This document shows, piece by piece, positions 1 to 7,024 of a stretch of DNA of 64,000 nucleotides; position 1 is the stretch's first letter; every line of letters begins with the position of its first letter. The stretch is from the NCBI GenBank assembly GCA_018656865.1, contig JABHYO010000087.1:2099-66098 (forward strand). Reading direction: 5' to 3'. The notes under the pieces were generated by a model, which did not search any database, was not told the DNA's origin, and saw only the letters and a list, made by a program, of their open reading frames with translations. This DNA comes from Gammaproteobacteria bacterium (GTDB lineage Bacteria; Pseudomonadota; Gammaproteobacteria; Pseudomonadales; Azotimanducaceae). Position numbers and translations under genes: made by a program.

Positions 1-2
1 AG

Positions 3-287
3 TTGCAGCCGCTTTCGGAGTCGGATGCGGATCGATGGCAAGCCGTCGGTAATGCAATCCAGGAAGTTCTGAATACTCCACCAGCGGACAGCGCCGAAAG
101 TGCGCAGGACCAAAGGTCCACCTATTTCAAGGTGCTGGACGATGTGGTGATAGCTGCCGGTGTGCCTCAGGGTGGCAGCGAAGGTACGGGACCTTTGTGG
201 GTGGCTGTGCAACAGGCGCTGATGGCGCTCGCCATGGCAGAGACTTATATGGGACCTATCCCGCTACCTAAAGAGCACTGGCGCTAA
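3..287 (+). CDS. 3' end of an ORF open to the window edge; product unknown
   Basis: Frame-3 ORF runs from nt 3 to TAA at 285-287. No motif recognised. The true start lies upstream of the window. Confidence 0.3.
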   Translation: MQPLSESDADRWQAVGNAIQEVLNTPPADSAESAQDQRSTYFKVLDDVVIAAGVPQGGSEGTGPLWVAVQQALMALAMAETYMGPIPLPKEHWR

Positions 288-328
288 ATAGTACGGGCGT
301 TAAAGAATTCGGGTGTTAAAAATTGACC

Positions 329-1543
329 CTATCGATTCAGATGGGTCGTGAAAACTTTCGCTACAGTGCCATCTTCGATTCTCTTTTTAAGCCATTGATT
401 CACAGCAATCAGTAGCTGGCCATCCTTTGGCAACATGATTCCTTTCTTCTGAAGCGTGAGTGTTTTGCCCGGCATGGTTGCGCACAGTTTTTTGTTTCTT
501 GCGGTCTGTAACCTTACCTCGATTGCATCAGTGATCATTAGATCCACACGGCCTGCGACTATCTGATCGAAGATATTGCGATTGTCGGTATGGAGGACTT
601 TGGTGGCTTGAACAATGTTGGTATCCAGGTAGCGCTCATTGGTACCACCGGGATTGACGACAATCCTGATACCCTTACGATCGATTTTTTCCAGGCTGTC
701 GAAGTCAGATGTTCTGCTGCAAAGCGCGATAGGCGTCTTCCCTCCGACATGGTATGGCAGCGAAAAGCTGGCGATGACTTTCCTCTTGTCGGTAATGGAG
801 ACGCCACTCATGGCGATATCGAATTCACCCGCGCTGAAATCCTTCGAGAGTGAAGGCCAGGTTGTGTGGATGTATACGACAGTCACATCTAACGAGTCAG
901 CGAGGTCGCGGGATAGATCGATATCGATGCCTGAGAATTTTGTGCTGTCCCCGGAAAAGGAAAACGGTGCGTAGTCGCCGGTTGTGCCGACTCTCAGCAC
1001 ACCTCCCTCAATGATCTGATTGTATCGGGACTCATAGCGTTCGATAGCCTGCAACCCCTTAAAGATTGACTGTCTGGAATTCTCTGACAGGCATTCGACC
1101 TCGACGGTAGATCTGAACGATTTAACATCCCAGGTCGGCTCGAGCAGACCCGCCGCGATGCGTGCCCCGAGCTCCAGTAACCGGGGTCTGATAACAGTAT
1201 GGAGATCAGCTGCCTCAGATGGCTCATGTCCACTTTGCCAGCGATTGAACCAGCATCGCTGAATGTCCTTGGCGGCTTCGATCTGTGCTCGATAGAAAGC
1301 CGTACTGCTCTCTTTGGTGATGCGATGTTTAAGTCCCGTCAGAACTGCAGCCTGAATCACGGTCTCTTCCCGTTCCAGGTCTGCTATCTGCAGGCGATTA
1401 ATCCACTTGTGAGCCGCGACCGCCTGCATCAGTGATAACCGCTCCGAAATCAGATGCAGGACTTCATCGTTTGCCTGGGTATGAGCGCTGATTAGCAATA
1501 ACAGAAGTGACAGATGACGCCGCAATGAACTACTCGCTATCAA
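329..1543 (-). CDS. Exported bifunctional chorismate mutase (AroQ type) / cyclohexadienyl (prephenate) dehydratase, PheC-like family-3 solute-binding fold
   Basis: Signal peptide SSLRRHLSLLLLLISAHTQA. N-terminal half has the AroQ pattern ISERLSLMQAVAAHKW. C-terminal half has LRVGTTGDYAPFSF, GIDIDLSRDLA, FDIAMSGVSIT and GKTPIALCS, as in periplasmic PheC. TTG start overlaps the pspF 3' end by 14 nt. Confidence 0.75.
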   Translation of the reverse strand: MIASSSLRRHLSLLLLLISAHTQANDEVLHLISERLSLMQAVAAHKWINRLQIADLEREETVIQAAVLTGLKHRITKESSTAFYRAQIEAAKDIQRCWFNRWQSGHEPSEAADLHTVIRPRLLELGARIAAGLLEPTWDVKSFRSTVEVECLSENSRQSIFKGLQAIERYESRYNQIIEGGVLRVGTTGDYAPFSFSGDSTKFSGIDIDLSRDLADSLDVTVVYIHTTWPSLSKDFSAGEFDIAMSGVSITDKRKVIASFSLPYHVGGKTPIALCSRTSDFDSLEKIDRKGIRIVVNPGGTNERYLDTNIVQATKVLHTDNRNIFDQIVAGRVDLMITDAIEVRLQTARNKKLCATMPGKTLTLQKKGIMLPKDGQLLIAVNQWLKKRIEDGTVAKVFTTHLNR

Positions 1544-2540
1544 AGAGATCGTATTTTTTCATGTAACCACGGAGCTGATGGTAGGTCACAGAGAGCGCAT
1601 CCGCGGTTTTCTTCTGATTGAACTGTGACTGGGCAAGTGCCGCTTTGATCAGATCAATTTCATAGTCCTGGACTTTCTGCTTAAAGTCGATGGGGAAGGT
1701 CGGTGCCGGAGCCGTGACTGTCGATGCTTCTGATGTGGATGCCCGGGTGACGGGTCTATACGCTGACTCGAAGGGATCCAGGGTGATTATATCGACGGCT
1801 CCGTCTTCCTCGCCAGTGCGATAGACACTTCGCTCAACGACATTCTTCAATTCTCGGACATTACCCGGCCACTCGTAATTGTTAAGTACATCCAGGGCCT
1901 GTTCGGAGAAGCCTGGAAAGTACTCAAAACCCATTTCACTCGCCATGTTCACGGCGAATTGTTCCGCCAACAGAACAATATCGTCCCGCCTTGCCCGGAG
2001 AGGGGGCAGGGTAATGACGTCAAATGCCAGACGGTCGAGCAGATCTTCTCTGAACTTGCCTTCGGCCGCCAGAGCAGGGAGATCCTCATTTGTCGCGGCG
2101 ATCAGTCTCACGTCGGTTGTCAGAGTTTTACTGCCGCCGACTCGCTCGTATTCGCCATATTCGATAATCCTCAGCAGTTTTTCCTGAACCAGTGCCGAAG
2201 TTGTTGCCAGTTCGTCGAGAAACAGAGACCCCTTGTCAGCTCGCTCAAAACGACCCCGGTGCATCTTCGTCGCGCCGGTGAAAGCGCCGGCCTCATGACC
2301 GAAAAGCTCAGTCTCGAGCAGGCTCTCACTGATCGCGGCACAATTCATCTTGAGGTATTCCTGATCCCAGCGGCCCGATAAATAGTGCAGGCGAGCTGCG
2401 ATAAGTTCCTTGCCGGTTCCGCGTTCACCTACGATCAGAACCGGTTTTGACAGAGGCGCTATTTGAGAGACATGATCCAGTACTTCGAGGAAAGCGCGTG
2501 ACTCTCCCAGGAGTCGGTCTGTGTGGGCTAGGGTATTCAT
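1530..2540 (-). CDS. pspF: Sigma54-dependent psp operon activator PspF (AAA+ domain plus C-terminal HTH, no receiver domain)
   Basis: Walker A GERGTGKE, sigma54-contact loop GAFTGA (GHEAGAFTGA), C-terminal HTH KKTADALSVTYHQLRGYMKKY. Divergent from pspA. Confidence 0.9.
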   Translation of the reverse strand: MNTLAHTDRLLGESRAFLEVLDHVSQIAPLSKPVLIVGERGTGKELIAARLHYLSGRWDQEYLKMNCAAISESLLETELFGHEAGAFTGATKMHRGRFERADKGSLFLDELATTSALVQEKLLRIIEYGEYERVGGSKTLTTDVRLIAATNEDLPALAAEGKFREDLLDRLAFDVITLPPLRARRDDIVLLAEQFAVNMASEMGFEYFPGFSEQALDVLNNYEWPGNVRELKNVVERSVYRTGEEDGAVDIITLDPFESAYRPVTRASTSEASTVTAPAPTFPIDFKQKVQDYEIDLIKAALAQSQFNQKKTADALSVTYHQLRGYMKKYDLFDSE

Positions 2541-2562
2541 GGCTGCAAATTATTTCACTAAC

Positions 2563-2605
2563 TGTTGGTGATTTTCACCACCCAAATCATACTAAATGTT
2601 GGTGA
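2563..2605. promoter_or_regulatory. Candidate PspF upstream activating sites
   Basis: Perfect inverted hexamers TGGTGA-TTT-TCACCA at 2566-2580. Direct repeat TGTTGGTGA at 2563-2571 and 2597-2605. Located between divergent pspF and pspA. Confidence 0.4.
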
Positions 2606-2664
2606 AATATACAGCCGTACAAAAATAGTCTTTAAATACAATGAGTTAGAAAAGGCGCAAAAGT

Positions 2665-2680
2665 TGGCACGGAATGTGGA
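2665..2680 (+). promoter_or_regulatory. Sigma54 (-24/-12) promoter of pspA
   Basis: TGGCACGGAATGTGGA matches the TGGCACG-N4-TTGCW consensus at the -24 element and at TG of the -12 element. It ends 49 nt upstream of the pspA ATG and lies next to a sigma54 activator gene. Confidence 0.55.
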
Positions 2681-2728
2681 CTAAGGGAAGTGAGATACAG
2701 AATATTGTCAACGATGAGGTAAGACACA

Positions 2729-3439
2729 ATGGGTATATTTTCGAGATTCACAGACATCATTAACTCGAATATCAATGCCATTCTGGATAAGGCTGAAGAT
2801 CCGGAAAAAATGGTCCGGTTGATTATCCAGGAAATGGAAGAAACACTGGTGGAGGTGAGAACTCAGTCAGCCAAGCTGATTGCGGACAGAAAGGAGCTGA
2901 ATCGTCGGATCGATCGGATCAGCCATGAAGCCGAAGACTGGGAGAGCAAGGCCGAGATTGCATTGTCCAAAGGGCGTGAAGATCTGGCAAAGGCTGCTCT
3001 CAAGGAAAAACAGGGTGCCGAAGAGTCTGGTGCAGCCATTGAGGTTGATCTTGAGGTTATTGAACATAATCTCGAAAAACTTTCCGGTGACATTGCTCAG
3101 CTTCAGCAGAAACTTAACGATGCCAAAGCCCGTCAGAAGGCCCTGATTGTACGGGGCAAGACAGCCCAGAGCAGAATGGGCGTCAAGCGGCAGATTCATG
3201 ATGTGAACATTGATGAAGCGATGAGTCGTTTTGATCGATATGAGCGCAGAATCGACGATCTCGAAGGTGAGATCGAAGCTTATGATCTGGGCCAGCAGAC
3301 ATTGGCTGACGAGATCTCTGAGCTACAGGATGACAAGAGAGTAGATGAGGAGCTTGCCAAGTTAAAAGTTAAAATGGGCAAGGCGGGCGCAGCCAATGAA
3401 GTTGCTGTACCGCCGAAAGTGGAAGGCAAGTCTGATTGA
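2729..3439 (+). CDS. pspA: Phage shock protein A (PspA/IM30 family)
   Basis: N-terminus MGIFSRFTDIINSNINAILDKAEDPEKMVRLIIQEME is canonical PspA. Long coiled coil. SD GAGG upstream. Confidence 0.95.
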   Translation: MGIFSRFTDIINSNINAILDKAEDPEKMVRLIIQEMEETLVEVRTQSAKLIADRKELNRRIDRISHEAEDWESKAEIALSKGREDLAKAALKEKQGAEESGAAIEVDLEVIEHNLEKLSGDIAQLQQKLNDAKARQKALIVRGKTAQSRMGVKRQIHDVNIDEAMSRFDRYERRIDDLEGEIEAYDLGQQTLADEISELQDDKRVDEELAKLKVKMGKAGAANEVAVPPKVEGKSD

Positions 3440-3456
3440 TCAAGTTGAGGTGAAGG

Positions 3457-3702
3457 ATGGAAGGTATTGTTGTGGCATTTTTCGTACCAGTCGTTGTCTT
3501 CCTGATCATCGTGGCACCGATCTGGATTGTATTTCACTACAAGTCCAAGGCCAACATGGTGAACGGGTTAACAGCCAGCGAAAGAGCGGAGCTGGATGAG
3601 ATGGTCGAAGTCGCCAACAGGATGGCCGCCAGGATTGAAACTCTTGAATCTATTCTGGATGTTGAAAGTCCTGACTGGCGTGAAAAACAGTCAGAGGTCT
3701 AA
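3457..3702 (+). CDS. pspB: Phage shock protein B
   Basis: 81 aa with an N-terminal TM helix (VVAFFVPVVVFLIIVAPIWIVF), then ...ELDEMVEVANRMAARIETLESILD. Sits 17 nt after pspA. Confidence 0.85.
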   Translation: MEGIVVAFFVPVVVFLIIVAPIWIVFHYKSKANMVNGLTASERAELDEMVEVANRMAARIETLESILDVESPDWREKQSEV

Positions 3703-3714
3703 GAGGCGCAGATT

Positions 3715-4755
3715 GTGAGCAAAGACAAGCGAGAAGCAGAGCGTGCTGCACGCAGGGCCAAGAGGCTTGCAGAAAGGGCTGAAGAAAGAGCCAAGCGTAA
3801 GGAGCGCCATGCCCAAAGAGCGGCGGAAAGAGCGGACAGGCTTGCCGAGCGGGTGAAGAGGCGGCCACAGAGAGAGCGAGACATCGACAAGTCAATTGAA
3901 GACCTGGTTGATGAAGTCACAGAAAAAGCTGAGGCCTGGATTGATGAGCAGACCCAGCGCTTGTTTGAGTCGTCCGACGATGATCGGGAGATCAGGCGTG
4001 CAGAAACCAAGGCGCAGCGAGCGCGGGAAGAAGCAGAAAAGGCGAGAGAAAACGCCCGCCGTGCGGGAAAAGCTGCGGACGATCTCTCAGAGGTCGAAGC
4101 ATCCTTACATGGCGACGAATACATTGATGATCCCTACGAGTATTCTGAACGTCGTTGGCAACAATATGAGGGATCGGATAAAGATCTCGGCGTGGGGATG
4201 TCTCGTAAAGAACGGAAAAAAGCGGAGCGAAGTGCCCGGAGGCGTGCCAGAAAAGCCCGTCGTGCGAATTGGCGTGGCGGACGCTTCAGAAGACCGCGCA
4301 GTGCGCATCTCTATAGAGACCGTCAGCGCAAGAAGATTTGTGGCGTCTGTGCCGGTACTGCGGATTATTTTGGCAGGCCCGTGTGGGAAATCAGAGTCTA
4401 CGCAGTTCTCGGCGTGCTGTTTATTCCATCTGTGGTGATTCCGGCCTACTTCATTATGTACTTCTTAATGGACGACAAACCCTACTATCGTCGTGTCACT
4501 GACCGCTTTGAAGAAGGTATGGACAGAAGACATAAGGCCAGTGATGATGGTTCGGTGCTGGGTAGTGACGAATCACGGGGAAAAACCATGGGCAGGGAAT
4601 CTGCTGGACCACAGATGAATAATGTCCAGGCGATGAAAACGGCGAGGGACAAGTTCTCCAATATCGAACAGCGACTGCGACACATGGAAACCCATGTGAC
4701 TTCATCGCGATTTGAGCTTCAGCGAGAACTGAAGAAAATATCAGGTGACGATTGA
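3715..4755 (+). CDS. pspC: PspC with a ~195-aa K/R/E/A-rich N-terminal extension
   Basis: PspC core KKICGVCAGTADYFGRPVWEIRVYAVLGVLFIPSVVIPAYFIMYFLMD at residues ~205-255. C-terminal RLRHMETHVTSSRFELQRELKKI resembles the E. coli PspC tail. GTG start 12 nt after pspB, with AAGAGG SD. Confidence 0.8.
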   Translation: MSKDKREAERAARRAKRLAERAEERAKRKERHAQRAAERADRLAERVKRRPQRERDIDKSIEDLVDEVTEKAEAWIDEQTQRLFESSDDDREIRRAETKAQRAREEAEKARENARRAGKAADDLSEVEASLHGDEYIDDPYEYSERRWQQYEGSDKDLGVGMSRKERKKAERSARRRARKARRANWRGGRFRRPRSAHLYRDRQRKKICGVCAGTADYFGRPVWEIRVYAVLGVLFIPSVVIPAYFIMYFLMDDKPYYRRVTDRFEEGMDRRHKASDDGSVLGSDESRGKTMGRESAGPQMNNVQAMKTARDKFSNIEQRLRHMETHVTSSRFELQRELKKISGDD

Positions 4756-5429
4756 TGTCTATCGAAGTCAGAGATGTTTCACGGTTCGACAAGGTCAGAT
4801 TCAGAGGCCCGGGCACTCTGAAAATATCCCAGACGGAGTCGGAATCGCTCACCATCCACGCGCCTGCTTACGTCATGCGGGATGTCATCTCAGAGGTCAG
4901 GGAAGGCACTCTTCATGTGGGTTATAAAACTCCCAAGATCACCCGCCTTCGGGCGATGAAGGAAGTCATTTCCTTCGATCTGTCTATGAAAGATATCCGA
5001 ACAATCACGGTTACAGGAAGTGGTACGGTCATCGTTCCGGATCTAGACAATGACACAGTACGAATAGAGATCAACGGGTCTGGCAAGGTAAGCCTTGAAC
5101 ATCTGACTGCTGATAACCTCAGGACAATGATTCATGGTTCCGGTGGCGTTCGAGTACAGGGTGATGTTGAAACTCAGTCTGTCGTGGTCAATGGTTCCGG
5201 CCGTTACGAAGCGGAATACCTGGTAAGTGATTTTGCCCAGGTGACCGTTAACGGTTCCGGCAATATAGGCGTATCTGTTACAGATGAGCTGAATGTTGTG
5301 ATTAACGGCAGCGGTCAAGTCGTCTATGGTGGTTTTCCAGATATAGAGAAGTCGATATCCGGCTCCGGTTCACTGACACGTCGTCGTCGCGAAAAGGACC
5401 AATCAAAAAAGGGAGAAGATCATGGCTAG
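4755..5429 (+). CDS. DUF2807/GIN-domain (Toastrack-type beta-solenoid) protein, no signal peptide
   Basis: Six repeats: NGSGKV, HGSGGV, NGSGRY, NGSGNI, NGSGQV, SGSGSL. ATG overlaps the pspC TGA by 1 nt (TGATG). Confidence 0.7.
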   Translation: MSIEVRDVSRFDKVRFRGPGTLKISQTESESLTIHAPAYVMRDVISEVREGTLHVGYKTPKITRLRAMKEVISFDLSMKDIRTITVTGSGTVIVPDLDNDTVRIEINGSGKVSLEHLTADNLRTMIHGSGGVRVQGDVETQSVVVNGSGRYEAEYLVSDFAQVTVNGSGNIGVSVTDELNVVINGSGQVVYGGFPDIEKSISGSGSLTRRRREKDQSKKGEDHG

Positions 5430-5682
5430 CAGCTTCTGGTTGGCAGTCTCTATAATTTGTGTCACCGGATTAGTCACCAATGGTATCGTCCAGATTGTTC
5501 GCGTGGCTAGATCAGGCGGCGGCAAATTAGCTGATAGAGCGGCCGACCTGGACGAGCAAATGCATGATCTTCGCGCCGAGATTGAAGAGGCACGGCAGCG
5601 AATAGAGGTTCTGGAAAAGATAGTAACTGACCAGAAGTTTGATCTGGGACGTCAGATCGACGACCTGGCTTCGGGAACCTAA
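5422..5682 (+). CDS. PspB-like small membrane/coiled-coil protein
   Basis: 86 aa with an N-terminal TM (FWLAVSIICVTGLVTNGIV), then a coiled coil. RIEVLEKIVTD parallels RIETLESILD of PspB. GGGAGA SD. Overlaps the upstream ORF by 8 nt. Confidence 0.45.
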   Translation: MASSFWLAVSIICVTGLVTNGIVQIVRVARSGGGKLADRAADLDEQMHDLRAEIEEARQRIEVLEKIVTDQKFDLGRQIDDLASGT

Positions 5683-5704
5683 TTAGTCCTCATCCGAGAA
5701 CATA

Positions 5705-5811
5705 ACACCGCGGTGCTAGTTTCCTGACAACTTGTTGATTTACAAACTAGCACCTTTGGAATTTCGTGCCTGTTCGTCATGAACAAGGCCTTATGCGGAC
5801 GGAACCTAGTT
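5705..5811. repeat. 107-bp intergenic repeat, family A, copy 1 (MITE-like, imperfect CTAGTTTCC/GGAACCTAG ends)
   Basis: First 29 nt match 30495-30523 at 28/29. Shared central TTTGGAAT. Last 14 nt match 13/14. Internal 11-bp hairpin GGTGCTAGTTT...AAACTAGCACC at 5712-5754. Confidence 0.6.
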
Positions 5812-6288
5812 AGAAATCAAGTGGAAAACAGTCTGGTTATTGGTTTTTTTCGAAGGTGATTCTTCAGAAAAACAAGGATCGACATCCAGAATCAATTTTC
5901 GCCAGAATTTGTAGGCTACCTTGTTATCCTTCAGTACACAGACTCGCCAGGTACCCGGTGATTGTTGCCAGATCTCGATAGCTGTCCGGCGGCCCAATCC
6001 TTGCTGGCGATATTCTGGGACGACGTACAGTTCCGCTATTTCCATCACCACTGATCCGCCCGCGGGATTTATTTCTTCACGGCTAAGCACAAATCCAACG
6101 ACGGTCTTGCCTGATTTAATCAGAAAGGGATGACGCGCTGGGTCACTCCAATAGTGGTCAAGATATGGATATTGATAGCGACCGTTCACCGATAACAGAT
6201 CATCCGTGAAGGCGGAGAGTCCGCCTAGATAATCCTGCATCAGGTCCTCGATGATGGGCTTATCGTCGATTGATGCCAGTTCGATCAT
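5806..6288 (-). CDS. GNAT family N-acetyltransferase
   Basis: Acetyl-CoA binding motif VVPEYRQQGLGRRTAIEIW. ATGA overlap with the upstream GDPD gene. Confidence 0.75.
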   Translation of the reverse strand: MIELASIDDKPIIEDLMQDYLGGLSAFTDDLLSVNGRYQYPYLDHYWSDPARHPFLIKSGKTVVGFVLSREEINPAGGSVVMEIAELYVVPEYRQQGLGRRTAIEIWQQSPGTWRVCVLKDNKVAYKFWRKLILDVDPCFSEESPSKKTNNQTVFHLISN

Positions 6289-6974
6289 GGCTGGCGCTGT
6301 TTCAGCAGGCGGTCAGGGAAGTCACTGAAAATGCCATCCACCTGACAAGCGATCATTCTCTTGATGTCACGGGGTTCGTTTACGGTGTAGACGAGGACCT
6401 TGTAGCCACGCTCGTGCGCCTCAGTCACCAGTTGCGGCGTAACATCGCGCATATCGAAATTAACGGACCAGGCACCCAGGGTTTCGGCTTGCTCCCACAT
6501 GTCTCTGGTCAGCCTGCTGAAGAGTGCACCACGGCGGTAGGTCGGATTTGCCTGGCCGAGTTCACGATGGTTGAATGAAGACAAAAGAAAGGCATCCTTT
6601 GACCTGCCGTTGGTGCAGTATTCATCCAACTGACGGCAGACGGGACCGGCAGTACCGTCTCCTTTCAGCTCGACATTGATGCCGCAGCGGCCATCCACCA
6701 GATCGAGTACTTCCCGCAATGTCGGGACACCTGCTCCTCCACCGGCATCAAGGGAACGGATGTAGTCCATGCCGAGATCGGCAAGGAGCCCGCTACCATC
6801 TGTCGTCCGATCAACACGCTTGTCGTGTATCACAATGAGTTCGCTTTCTACCAGATAAACATCCAGCTCGATCCAGTCACAGCCAAGGTCTATGGCATGC
6901 TGGAAGGAAGGCAGGGTATTTTCGGGTAAGTATCCCCTGGCTCCACGGTGGCCAATACATAAAGGTGAGCTCAT
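6285..6974 (-). CDS. Glycerophosphodiester phosphodiesterase (GDPD family)
   Basis: N-terminal IGHRGARGYLPENTLPSFQHAIDLGCDWIELDV is the GDPD signature. Confidence 0.85.
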   Translation of the reverse strand: MSSPLCIGHRGARGYLPENTLPSFQHAIDLGCDWIELDVYLVESELIVIHDKRVDRTTDGSGLLADLGMDYIRSLDAGGGAGVPTLREVLDLVDGRCGINVELKGDGTAGPVCRQLDEYCTNGRSKDAFLLSSFNHRELGQANPTYRRGALFSRLTRDMWEQAETLGAWSVNFDMRDVTPQLVTEAHERGYKVLVYTVNEPRDIKRMIACQVDGIFSDFPDRLLKQRQP

Positions 6975-7024
6975 TCGAGTGTTCGTGTCTTCAATGTATT
7001 AACTATACCCCGTACAATCGGTTT

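Noticed and set aside
3699-4124. 141-aa minus-strand ORF antisense to the 5' part of pspC
   Set aside because: It is an S/A/R-rich shadow of the K/R/E/A-rich plus-strand coding sequence. It has no SD or motif, and it lies fully inside a gene whose downstream PspC core is unambiguous.
6965-7024. Upstream extensions of tracked ORFs (dnaX 6965, rnd 9718, ycgN 11191, moxR 12079, RND 15391, mlaA 22336, STAS 24399, dusA 28177, gltX 28136, acyl-CoA ligase 34686, DCC 39582, AKR 41015, CoA-transferase 56832)
   Set aside because: In each case the family-typical N-terminus begins at an internal start. The extension overlaps the neighbouring gene or lacks an SD. Shorter coordinates were used.
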